Assembly: GCA_964571085.1 (NCBI GenBank)
Contig: CAZMZT010000002.1
Coordinates: 2,784-66,783, forward strand
DNA length: 64,000 nucleotides
DNA from: an uncultured Candidatus Saccharibacteria bacterium
Lineage (GTDB): Bacteria > Patescibacteriota > Minisyncoccia > Phycocordibacterales > UBA9973
Direction of reading: 5' to 3'
In this document: in pieces, positions 10,127-18,107 of the stretch
How positions within the stretch are numbered: position 1 is the stretch's first letter
Layout: each line of letters opens with the position of its first letter
Notes under the pieces: generated by a model
Database searches by the model: none
What the model saw: the letters and a program-made list of their open reading frames with translations, nothing else
Told to the model about the DNA's origin: nothing
Made by a program: the position numbers and the translations under genes

Positions 10127-10198
10127 ATTATATTAATGACGCAACTTGAGCGTTTTGCTAAGTCTATGCAGAACTAGTGAAATATTGCATACTCGCGA

Positions 10199-11695
10199 CT
10201 ACTTTTTTTGATCCATATCTACATAATCTCTAAAGTACAGAGGTTCATCATCTCCCATCCAGTACATAAGCCATGTAGATTCTCCAGAGTGTTTATCCAT
10301 CGTTGAGTTAATCAAGAGAGAAAATGCGTCTGCTAAGTCGTCATGTTTTTCTACTCCAAATCCAACAAGTTGCTCGATAAGTCTTTCACACCCTTGTCTC
10401 GGGAATAAAATTTTTGCTGATTTTATTGCAGTTGAAGTAAGGGCAAGTCGTGTCCGCTTGTCTCCTTTGGGTTTGATTGCAGTTGCCTTAACTCCATGAT
10501 GTTCAAGCATTTGCGGTAAAGCTTCCTGATATGCCACGCTTTCAACAAATAACTCATCAGAACTTCTTGTAAGTAAAGTATTGCGAATATCTTTCATGAG
10601 ATCCACCTGTGCAGGAAAATTAAGTTTCTTTGCAATAGGGTTAGGTAGGATGTAGATTCGCAATTTTTCACGGCGTGAATATATGTGAGCGAATACCACG
10701 GCAGTATCATCGGCAGTTTCTGACGCTGATATAGCAAGATCAACTCCTGCATAAGTACCACGATATCCTCGATGTTTTTCTCCTGGTAGTTCGTCATAAA
10801 ATTGAATCCATTCAGGGTAAATAACCTGATCGTCACTTGGAATGATGCGGAGTAAGTATTCCCGTTGCCATGAAATTTCACTAGTAACTTTTAGTTTCTC
10901 GTCTTCTAGATCTTTTTCTGTTGCATATTTTCCAGACCACAAGCACACACCATTTCTATCAATCAATGGATACTCTTTGAATATTCCTTTTGCTTTACCT
11001 TTAGCAATCTCGTCTTTGATACGCATTAAGAGCGAGTCCTCATGAAGTAAGTTTCCAACAATAATTAGTCGAGTATTTCTATCTCCAGCAGGGATAACTT
11101 CACCACGGAGCCAGTTATAGGTCTTTTCTCGACCCTCACGAGTTTTAGCTGATTGCACATCTTCAACATCGTCACAGATTATTAAGTCTGGGCGGTGTTC
11201 ATTGTGGCGAATACCACGAATACTTTGCTCTGCAGAAGCCACGGTGATTCTTGCTCCATGCTTTTTGAATACAAGAGAGAATGAACCCCATTCATCACTC
11301 TCTTCTTGGAATGGTCCAAGATCCTTTTTGAGAACATCGTTACCCTCAAGTTCTGTGCGGATATTCATCATGTGTTGTTTTGCCTGTGCTCGTGTTTGGC
11401 AGAAAATGATACAGAATTTCTTTTGTTGTTTTCCAAGGATTGCCCAGATTGGGTAAGCAGTCGTCACCATTGTTGATTTTCCAGAACCTCGAAATGCGAC
11501 CACATACAAGTTTTCAGTAGTGCTTTTTTCTAGGTTATGAATAATCTCTTTTTGAAAGTCTGCTGTTTCGTACTTCACATAGTGTGCATAGTAGAAGTGG
11601 AAGAAATACAAGAAACTGTCTTTTGTAATCGATGTTCGCACTGAACGATCTTTTATCATCGTATTAACCAGTGCTTTTGGAATTATTTTAGTCAT
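10199..11695 (-). CDS. terL: Phage terminase large subunit
   Basis: AFRGSGKST Walker A, IICDDVE Walker B, VGN coupling motif, C-terminal RNase H-like residues GVDLA / FVES / HDDLADA. Confidence 0.88.
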   Translation of the reverse strand: MTKIIPKALVNTMIKDRSVRTSITKDSFLYFFHFYYAHYVKYETADFQKEIIHNLEKSTTENLYVVAFRGSGKSTMVTTAYPIWAILGKQQKKFCIIFCQTRAQAKQHMMNIRTELEGNDVLKKDLGPFQEESDEWGSFSLVFKKHGARITVASAEQSIRGIRHNEHRPDLIICDDVEDVQSAKTREGREKTYNWLRGEVIPAGDRNTRLIIVGNLLHEDSLLMRIKDEIAKGKAKGIFKEYPLIDRNGVCLWSGKYATEKDLEDEKLKVTSEISWQREYLLRIIPSDDQVIYPEWIQFYDELPGEKHRGYRGTYAGVDLAISASETADDTAVVFAHIYSRREKLRIYILPNPIAKKLNFPAQVDLMKDIRNTLLTRSSDELFVESVAYQEALPQMLEHHGVKATAIKPKGDKRTRLALTSTAIKSAKILFPRQGCERLIEQLVGFGVEKHDDLADAFSLLINSTMDKHSGESTWLMYWMGDDEPLYFRDYVDMDQKK

Positions 11696-11697
11696 AA

Positions 11698-12105
11698 TTA
11701 TTTTTTACGATTAATGTTTTTAATAGATTTCGACTTGGTAATTTTTGCTAGCTTGAGAGCTTGCTTTACAATTTTTGCCTGTGAGGGTGTCAGCTCCTCA
11801 TTGTCGTCTTTAGTGGTAATCTCAAGTTTGTTTTTGTAATTATCATTTCGATGACGAAGCCAGAAACTAATCGCAGGATAGTTTTTCTCTTTGATAAGGG
11901 TCAGCAGTTGGCTTTCACTCATGTCATTTACCAATGCGACACCCTCAGAAAGTGCAATATCCATTTTCTTGAGAAAATCTTTGTCTTCTTTTCGCCACCG
12001 ATAGATACTGTTTCGAGATAATCCTGTCTTCTCACATGCAACCTGAACAATTGGTACTTTTCTCAATTCTTCTAAGAACTGATCCTGAAATTTATTCTTT
12101 TTCAT
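11698..12105 (-). CDS. HTH protein, probable terminase small subunit
   Basis: FLEELRKVPIVQVACEKTGLSRNSIYRWR HTH and AISFWL; 2 nt upstream of terL. Confidence 0.65.
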   Translation of the reverse strand: MKKNKFQDQFLEELRKVPIVQVACEKTGLSRNSIYRWRKEDKDFLKKMDIALSEGVALVNDMSESQLLTLIKEKNYPAISFWLRHRNDNYKNKLEITTKDDNEELTPSQAKIVKQALKLAKITKSKSIKNINRKK

Positions 12106-13369
12106 AGAAGTTATTAATTACTTGAGCTTTGTGACCAGTCAGCTTTTCATATCGACGAATTGCTAAATCACAAAACACAGGTTCTATCTCTAGGGAATAG
12201 ACCTTTCGACCTAATTGTTCCGCACAGATCATGGTGCTAGCAGATCCAGAGAAGGCGTCAAAAATGATGTCTCCTGGCTTGGTGCAACGCATAATAAACT
12301 TATGGTGCAGTTCAGGATTTTTACTTGTCGCATGTTCCATTTGATTTGCAGGTAATCGTTTAGTTGCCCAAATGTTCGAGATATCTTCCAGAAGTTGATT
12401 ACCAGTTCCATAATCTTTGTTTTGAACTTCATTGAGATTCTTTACCAAATCAGAAATATACGGAGACCCCGTTGTTCCATATACGCAATATTCAAGGCAT
12501 TTATTAAACGCTACGGCAGGTGTCGGCGAAGCATTGTTTTTAATCCAGACATTGAGCCGTCTGTTTTTAACTCCATGTTCCATATAGAGTGTTTGAAATA
12601 CCCACACCCACGCTTCATCGCACCAGAAAGCCACATGTGCATCTTTCGTCGATATAGCGAGTGAAGATTTAAGAACCTTGCGGATAAATTCTTTGTATTC
12701 TTCAGGTGATTGATTATCGTCAAATGTACCTCCGTAGTTGGATTTATTACCAACCCCTTTGTCATAGGAGAGCCCGATATTAAAAGGTGGGTCATTGTAT
12801 ATGGCGGTAGCTTTATCATTTCCAAATAGCTTAGTAACCGCATTCATATCGGTTGAACTAGCACACAATAACTTGTGACCACCCATAACAATAAGATCAC
12901 CAGGCTTTGTTTGTGGTGTTTTGATTTTCTTTAATTCTTTTTCAACATCGAATTTGTCATCCTTGGTATCTTTTTCTTCGTCCCAAAACTTAACTAATTC
13001 TTTTTCGTTGAATCCAGCGAACTGCAAAAGCTCCAGGTCAAAAGACTTAAGCTTTTCAAAATCCCATTCGCCATCGTTGATATTGCTTTCAATAGCAATC
13101 TTGCGACGCTCGTCATCTGATAGTTTGCGATCAGGAATTAATACGTTTACCTGCCTGATACCAAGCTGTATCAAAGCAGTTTTTCTTTGATTGCCTGAAA
13201 TAATCGTATTGTCCGTATCAATAACGATTACACTATGAAAACCACTTTGAATGATTTTCTCTTTTAATTTTTCCATAGCGACCCGTGAGATTTTTCTTGG
13301 GTTTTCTTTCCAAGGGAGTAGGTCTTTGACCTCTCGAACTCCTGTTGTCCATGAAAGTTTTTTATTCAT
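12092..13369 (-). CDS. ParB/Srx-like N-domain fused to beta-class N4/N6 DNA methyltransferase
   Basis: NPRKI...IISGNQR (ParB-N); NDPPFN, HATSKNPEL, FDAFSGSAST, LEIEPVFCD. Confidence 0.85.
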   Translation of the reverse strand: MNKKLSWTTGVREVKDLLPWKENPRKISRVAMEKLKEKIIQSGFHSVIVIDTDNTIISGNQRKTALIQLGIRQVNVLIPDRKLSDDERRKIAIESNINDGEWDFEKLKSFDLELLQFAGFNEKELVKFWDEEKDTKDDKFDVEKELKKIKTPQTKPGDLIVMGGHKLLCASSTDMNAVTKLFGNDKATAIYNDPPFNIGLSYDKGVGNKSNYGGTFDDNQSPEEYKEFIRKVLKSSLAISTKDAHVAFWCDEAWVWVFQTLYMEHGVKNRRLNVWIKNNASPTPAVAFNKCLEYCVYGTTGSPYISDLVKNLNEVQNKDYGTGNQLLEDISNIWATKRLPANQMEHATSKNPELHHKFIMRCTKPGDIIFDAFSGSASTMICAEQLGRKVYSLEIEPVFCDLAIRRYEKLTGHKAQVINNFYEKE

Positions 13370-13542
13370 AGAGTTTTTATTTGATTACTTATAAATTTGT
13401 AGATGACTAATCTACTAACTCTATGAAATCAAAAAGGTACATGGTCATGTAATTGTCATAAAATTGAGTTGCATAAAGAAAAAACGCCTATTTAAAGGCG
13501 ATTTTTCAAAGTTATCCACTCAACTTGGTGTCAACTTAGGAA

Positions 13543-14175
13543 TTATTCTTTTTCTATGTGGATTTTTGGATTGATACGATACCCAGATCCTTTCTTTCCT
13601 TGAATAAGTTTTGTCTTCTTTGGGAGTCTCAAAGTATTTATTGCGTAATCATTAAAAGTCTGCACCATTTTTGCTACCGCTTGTGATGAAGGGCAGGATA
13701 GTATTCTCTGTAGGTCTTTTGTTTGTACATATGCATCTCGATCAAGTAGTGTTTCAAGTAATTTCTTTCTTTTTCCATTTTCAGTAAGGTCATATGAAAA
13801 TAGTTTGTCGCCCAAGTGTCTGTCGAGCGATCCATTATCTCTATCGTAGATAATCACATTACTGTCTTGGCTTGAAGATAGAAGTCGCTTGTGATTTTTA
13901 TTTAATTCTTGAAGTTCTTCTAAGATGTCATATTCAACAGGGCGACGGAATACTATTTCAGGATATTCTACTGGTTCAAAAAGTTTTACTTGTTCACGGA
14001 CTCGATTCATTTGCTCAATAATCGGCTGAGCGACTTTTCTTACATTCTCAATCATTTCTGCATGCCTTTTGCCTAATTCTCGAAACTGAGAAATCTGCCC
14101 CTCGCTTAAAGTAGGGGGATGTATTTTTGCCACTAGTTCACCAACGGTTATTGGTTTTTTCTGCTCATCTGCCAT
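13543..14175 (-). CDS. Hypothetical regulator with probable C-terminal winged-helix domain
   Basis: C-terminal ...LIQGKKGSGYRINP wing-like hairpin; divergent from the LexA-like gene. Confidence 0.55.
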   Translation of the reverse strand: MADEQKKPITVGELVAKIHPPTLSEGQISQFRELGKRHAEMIENVRKVAQPIIEQMNRVREQVKLFEPVEYPEIVFRRPVEYDILEELQELNKNHKRLLSSSQDSNVIIYDRDNGSLDRHLGDKLFSYDLTENGKRKKLLETLLDRDAYVQTKDLQRILSCPSSQAVAKMVQTFNDYAINTLRLPKKTKLIQGKKGSGYRINPKIHIEKE

Positions 14176-14233
14176 GTAGTTATGATAGCAAATACTTGCT
14201 TTTTTGTATAGAGTAATTTATACTATTTATACC
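14176..14233. promoter_or_regulatory. Back-to-back promoters with candidate repressor operator
   Basis: + strand TTGCTT(14196)-17 bp-TATACT(14219); - strand TGcTATCAT 6 nt before ATG 14175; dyad gtata-N8-tatac at 14206-14223. Confidence 0.65.
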
Positions 14234-14851
14234 ATGACTAATAACCTTAGTGACAAAGATAAAAAAGCGTTTGCCCTTATCCGTAACAAGATTGTTCATT
14301 ATGGCAAAAGCCCTACGCTTAGTGAGATTAATGAGGTTACAGGTGGAGCTTCTCCACGATCTGCGAGCCTTGTAATTAATCGATTAATTGACGCAGGACT
14401 TATAAAGAAAATCGGACGACAACTTATCCTTACTGGATCGCAGAAAACAGCTTCAATAAGTACTATTGATGTTCCTTTGGTTGGTGCTGTGACTTGTGGT
14501 ACTCCTGTTCTTGCCGAAGAAAATATCCAAGCCTTAATTCCTGTATCAACAGGACTAGCTAAAAAGGGTTCAAAATATTTTCTTTTGCGTGCAATTGGAG
14601 ACTCGATGAATCTTGCAGGAATTAATAGCGGTGATCTGCTTCTGATTCGACAGCAAGACACAGCAGAAGACAATGACAAAGTTGTTGCTCTAATAAATGA
14701 CGAAGCAACCGTCAAAGTGTTCAAGAAAGCAAATGGTGCTGTTGTACTTCAACCGAAATCAACAAACAAAGACCATAAGCCGATTATATTAACAGATAAC
14801 TGCATCATACAAGGAGTAGTCGTTGCTGTGCTTCCTGGTGATCTATATTAA
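14234..14851 (+). CDS. lexA: LexA-like self-cleaving repressor of the element
   Basis: N-terminal wHTH (SPTLSEI), VPLVGAVTCGTP cleavage region (Cys-Gly), GDSM catalytic Ser, EATVK catalytic Lys. Confidence 0.9.
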   Translation: MTNNLSDKDKKAFALIRNKIVHYGKSPTLSEINEVTGGASPRSASLVINRLIDAGLIKKIGRQLILTGSQKTASISTIDVPLVGAVTCGTPVLAEENIQALIPVSTGLAKKGSKYFLLRAIGDSMNLAGINSGDLLLIRQQDTAEDNDKVVALINDEATVKVFKKANGAVVLQPKSTNKDHKPIILTDNCIIQGVVVAVLPGDLY

Positions 14852-14855
14852 ATTT

Positions 14856-15368
14856 ATGTCTTATAAAAATAAAACATACGTAGCTTTTGATGGAGATAAT
14901 GATATGAAATATTATCGTTTAATGACTGCATGGAAAGAACATGATCATATAGAATTTGATTTTTTAAATGCTCATGATTTAAATAGCGCAAGAGATACAA
15001 GTACCGAAGAATCAATAAAATCACAACTTAGAATACGAATGGCAAATTCAAAGCAAATGCTTTTATTAGTTGGAGATAATACAAAATATTTAAGAAAGTT
15101 TTTGCCTTGGGAGATAGAACTTGCAAGAAAGAAGGATATACCAATTATTATTGTTAATTTAAATAACAAAAAAGGTTACGACGACAATCTTTGTCCATCA
15201 GCTATTAAAGATTGGAAATATACAATTTCAGTACCTTTTAAACTAAAGGCAATACAATATGCTTTGGATCATTTTCCAGACAACTATCATAAATGGAAAA
15301 ACCACCCTGATTATCAAGACCACAGGTATATCTATACAGATTCAACCTATAACCAACTAGGCATATGA
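14856..15368 (+). CDS. thsB: TIR-domain protein, Thoeris ThsB-like (MTH538/DUF1863)
   Basis: TYVAFDGDNDMKYY, LRIRMANSK, LLVGDNTK, WEIELA (catalytic Glu), IPIIIVNL. Confidence 0.85.
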   Translation: MSYKNKTYVAFDGDNDMKYYRLMTAWKEHDHIEFDFLNAHDLNSARDTSTEESIKSQLRIRMANSKQMLLLVGDNTKYLRKFLPWEIELARKKDIPIIIVNLNNKKGYDDNLCPSAIKDWKYTISVPFKLKAIQYALDHFPDNYHKWKNHPDYQDHRYIYTDSTYNQLGI

Positions 15369-16210
15369 TGAATAGTATTTTTTCAAAAAGAATGGCAATT
15401 AAATTAAGTGTTAATTTTTTTGTCTCACTAGGTGTAATAAGTTCGATAATTCAAATTATTACTTCAAGTTATCCAGACCTTATTTCTAATTATAAATGGA
15501 AAGGATGGTTCCTGTCTGTTTTTATTTGTTTGGTCTTTGCTTTTATTAGAGCATGGCCAAAGAGAAGTTTCTCTGAAACTTTTTCAAATCCTGACGTTAG
15601 AATTGGCATTAAGATTGGAAATATATTTGATCAATCTGGTCATCTTGTTATTGGTTTTAGCGACACTTTCGATACAGAAATTGGTGATGTAGTAAGTAAA
15701 GATAGTATGCAAGGTCAGTTTTTAATTTCTATGTATGAAAATAATCAAAATAAACTTGATACTGATCTTGATGCATTACTTAAGAATGAGGAATCTGAAG
15801 AAGATACTACAAAGACGCGTGGTAAAAACAAGAGATATAAGATTGGTACAGTTGTAGCATTGTCTGGTTTAAATAGAAAATTCTTTTGCTGTGCATATAG
15901 TCGTATGGGATCTGATCTTAAGGCAACATCTGACATAAATAACTTGTGGTCTTCATTACAAAATCTCTGGACTAAAATAAGAGTAGAGGGAGAGCAAAAA
16001 ACTATAGTGATGCCAGTTATTGGCACTAACTTAGCTAGAATTCCTGGTATCTCATTTAAATTGCCAATAAATCTTATTCTTCTTTCATTTATTATTAATT
16101 CAAGAGTGGAACCAATATCGAAAGAGTTAGTACTTATTATACGTGAAGAAGATAAGGAGAAAGTTAATTTATTGGAAATTCAAGATTTTCTAAAATCTCT
16201 TCATAACTAA
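15365..16210 (+). CDS. thsA: 2xTM + macro-domain effector, Thoeris type II ThsA-like
   Basis: Two N-terminal TM helices, then IKIGNIFD, VIGFSDTFDT, SMQGQF, YKIGTV, MPVIGTNLAR (macro-like); flanked by two TIR genes. Confidence 0.8.
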   Translation: MMNSIFSKRMAIKLSVNFFVSLGVISSIIQIITSSYPDLISNYKWKGWFLSVFICLVFAFIRAWPKRSFSETFSNPDVRIGIKIGNIFDQSGHLVIGFSDTFDTEIGDVVSKDSMQGQFLISMYENNQNKLDTDLDALLKNEESEEDTTKTRGKNKRYKIGTVVALSGLNRKFFCCAYSRMGSDLKATSDINNLWSSLQNLWTKIRVEGEQKTIVMPVIGTNLARIPGISFKLPINLILLSFIINSRVEPISKELVLIIREEDKEKVNLLEIQDFLKSLHN

Positions 16211-16214
16211 TCTT

Positions 16215-16757
16215 ATGGCTTACAGAAGTGGAACATACATAGCTTTTCATGCAGACGGAGAAAGTAATCCAACTGCCTCTGATATGAAATACTACAACAC
16301 ATTAAAAATGTGGAAAGTTAGAGATGATGACTTTAGTTTTGTTAATAGTCACGAGAAAACAGGAGCTGTAAGAGACTCAAGTAAAAAAGATACTCTACGG
16401 AGATCTTTAATATCGAGAATGAATAATTCTAAAAACCTATTATTAATAATAGGCTCAACAACAAAAAATGATACAGACTGGGTTCCTTTCGAAATTAATT
16501 ACGCTGTAGAAACTTGTAATATTCCAATTATAGTTGCCTATACGGGGTACAATAAAATAATGGCTCCGTCTGAGCTTTCTCATTTGTGGCCAGCCGAATT
16601 GGCTAAGGCAATTAAAAACAAAACAGTCGGTATTATTCATGTTCCGTTTAAAAAAGAACCCATAGCAGATGCAATCTCTCAATTTGATATGAATAATCAT
16701 CCTAAAACATCCCTTAATTATTACACTGCAGAAACTTATATTAATTGGGGTTTATAA
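16215..16757 (+). CDS. thsB: Second TIR-domain protein, ThsB-like
   Basis: TYIAFHA, DMKYYNTLKMW, RMNNSKNLLLIIG, WVPFEINYA (catalytic Glu), IPIIVAY. Confidence 0.85.
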   Translation: MAYRSGTYIAFHADGESNPTASDMKYYNTLKMWKVRDDDFSFVNSHEKTGAVRDSSKKDTLRRSLISRMNNSKNLLLIIGSTTKNDTDWVPFEINYAVETCNIPIIVAYTGYNKIMAPSELSHLWPAELAKAIKNKTVGIIHVPFKKEPIADAISQFDMNNHPKTSLNYYTAETYINWGL

Positions 16758-16817
16758 ATAAAATTACACTAATCTGTAACTTTTATACTCAAACCTGTGT
16801 CACTTTTGTCACTTTTT

Positions 16818-16967
16818 ATGAACAAGGAAGATAAAAGAAATCCTAAAAATTGGACTAAAGAAGAGACCGATAGAGTGGTCGCAGTATTTCAATGGCTATT
16901 GGAGCAAGATAAAAAGCAGAATCCAGATCGGTATAAAAAACCTACTGCTCAAAGACCGTCGAAATGA
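16818..16967 (+). CDS. 49-aa small protein at element right end
   Basis: Below ORF-track cut-off; MNKEDKRNPKNWTKEETDRVVAVFQWLLEQDKKQNPDRYKKPTAQRPSK with an amphipathic helix. Confidence 0.55.
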   Translation: MNKEDKRNPKNWTKEETDRVVAVFQWLLEQDKKQNPDRYKKPTAQRPSK

Positions 16968-16990
16968 TAGAATAAACTTATTAAAAATGT

Positions 16991-17052
16991 CCTTACGGGG
17001 CTTGACCCACCACGGTTCTGGCTCAAGGACGCCAGCAAACTTGAGCTAGCAC
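16991..17052. repeat. att junction 1 (attP-like: right end of element 1 joined to left end of element 2)
   Basis: 48-bp repeat copy 1; gctcaag/cttgagc dyad centred on CA at 17033-17034; right half matches sequence following the tRNA. Confidence 0.85.
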
Positions 17053-17165
17053 GAGATGCTTATAAATTGAGCTTTCGAATTAGCAAAAGATCTATACAGT
17101 TATTGAAGAAGCCGTAGGCTAATCCAGACAAAAAACACTTTCAAAAATGAAAGTGTTTTTTGTTG

Positions 17166-17208
17166 TTGACTTCTAAAACCATATACCCTATACTATAGGG
17201 TATATGGT
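17166..17208 (+). promoter_or_regulatory. Sigma70 promoter overlapped by CsoR-type operator
   Basis: TTGACT(17166)-17 bp-TATACT(17189); perfect dyad accatataccctata-c-tatagggtatatggt (17178-17208) with the TACCC/GGGTA core typical of CsoR boxes. Confidence 0.85.
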
Positions 17209-17491
17209 AAAACAAACACACAATCATGTTCACAAGCACGGTGAGCCAAACACAAAGGCTCGCAAAGTTATTAATATGGCAATAGGAAGTGTTGCTAAGA
17301 TTCCTGAGATGGTCGATGATGGACGATACTGCCCTGAAATTATTCAGCAAATTGATAGTGTCGTAGGTCTTTTACATAGTGCACGAAAAGAATTACTAAA
17401 GGGTCACTTAGAGTCTTGCCTTGCTGAAAGATTAAAGACCGACAAGGAGGGTTCAATCAAAGAATTGCTAAAAATCTACAACATGCAGTAG
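17204..17491 (+). CDS. csoR: Copper-sensing repressor CsoR family
   Basis: RYCPEIIQQI...HLESC Cys-His-Cys ligands, His-rich N-terminus. Confidence 0.9.
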   Translation: MVKQTHNHVHKHGEPNTKARKVINMAIGSVAKIPEMVDDGRYCPEIIQQIDSVVGLLHSARKELLKGHLESCLAERLKTDKEGSIKELLKIYNMQ

Positions 17492-17529
17492 ATTTTTAGT
17501 GTTTTATTATTAAATTTATATAAAAAATT

Positions 17530-18093
17530 ATGTCTAAAATTTCAACAACATTAGCAATTTCTCTTATGGTAGTAACAAGTGTTTTGGGGTGGGTTGCTGG
17601 GTATGCCAGTACTGCTGACTATAAAATGAGTATGTACGACAAAACAACTATGGATTTTGGTCGTCCAGATCGAACACTCGACCTTCGTTATATTAATGCA
17701 ATGATTGCTCATCACAGAGGAGCTATGCTCTTGGCTACACAAGCAGGTACACAGACACAGCGACAAGAGATGAAAGATCTCTCTGCAATGATTCTTCGCG
17801 ATGAACCAAAAGCAATTGATGAGCTATACACATGGAAAAAAGACTGGTATGGAGATACAAAACAAGTAAAGGACCCAATCGTTTCTAATCTTGGAACGTA
17901 TGATGAGAAATTTGATCTTCGCTTTCTTAATGCACTTATCGCACACCATGAAGCTGGATTGCTCATGACAAAAGAAATAAAGACCAAGTCTAGTAGAACT
18001 GAAATTTTAAATAATGCGGATGCAGTTGATACATTCCTTACAACAACACTTAAACTCTTCAAAGACTGGAGAACACAGTGGTATAACATCTAA
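17530..18093 (+). CDS. DUF305 (CopM-like) exported copper-binding protein
   Basis: Signal/TM segment plus two (M/L)IAHH motifs. Confidence 0.85.
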   Translation: MSKISTTLAISLMVVTSVLGWVAGYASTADYKMSMYDKTTMDFGRPDRTLDLRYINAMIAHHRGAMLLATQAGTQTQRQEMKDLSAMILRDEPKAIDELYTWKKDWYGDTKQVKDPIVSNLGTYDEKFDLRFLNALIAHHEAGLLMTKEIKTKSSRTEILNNADAVDTFLTTTLKLFKDWRTQWYNI

Positions 18094-18107
18094 TATAAAA
18101 TCCCTAT

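Larger units (their letters stand above)
1889..17034. mobile_element. Integrative element 1: serine-recombinase/terminase element carrying defence genes
   Basis: Starts at tRNA 3' core CAGCCA-acttgagctagc, ends at att-like junction gctcaaggacgc-CA-gcaaacttgagc; encodes recombinase, terminase, LexA-like repressor, R-M-like pair and Thoeris-like genes. Confidence 0.85.

Noticed and set aside
13512-13520. DnaA box / origin (ttatccact)
   Set aside because: Single 8/9 match with no cluster or unwinding element
14234-14851. Host SOS master regulator lexA
   Set aside because: Lies inside the element at a divergent switch; better read as the element repressor, though a host role cannot be excluded
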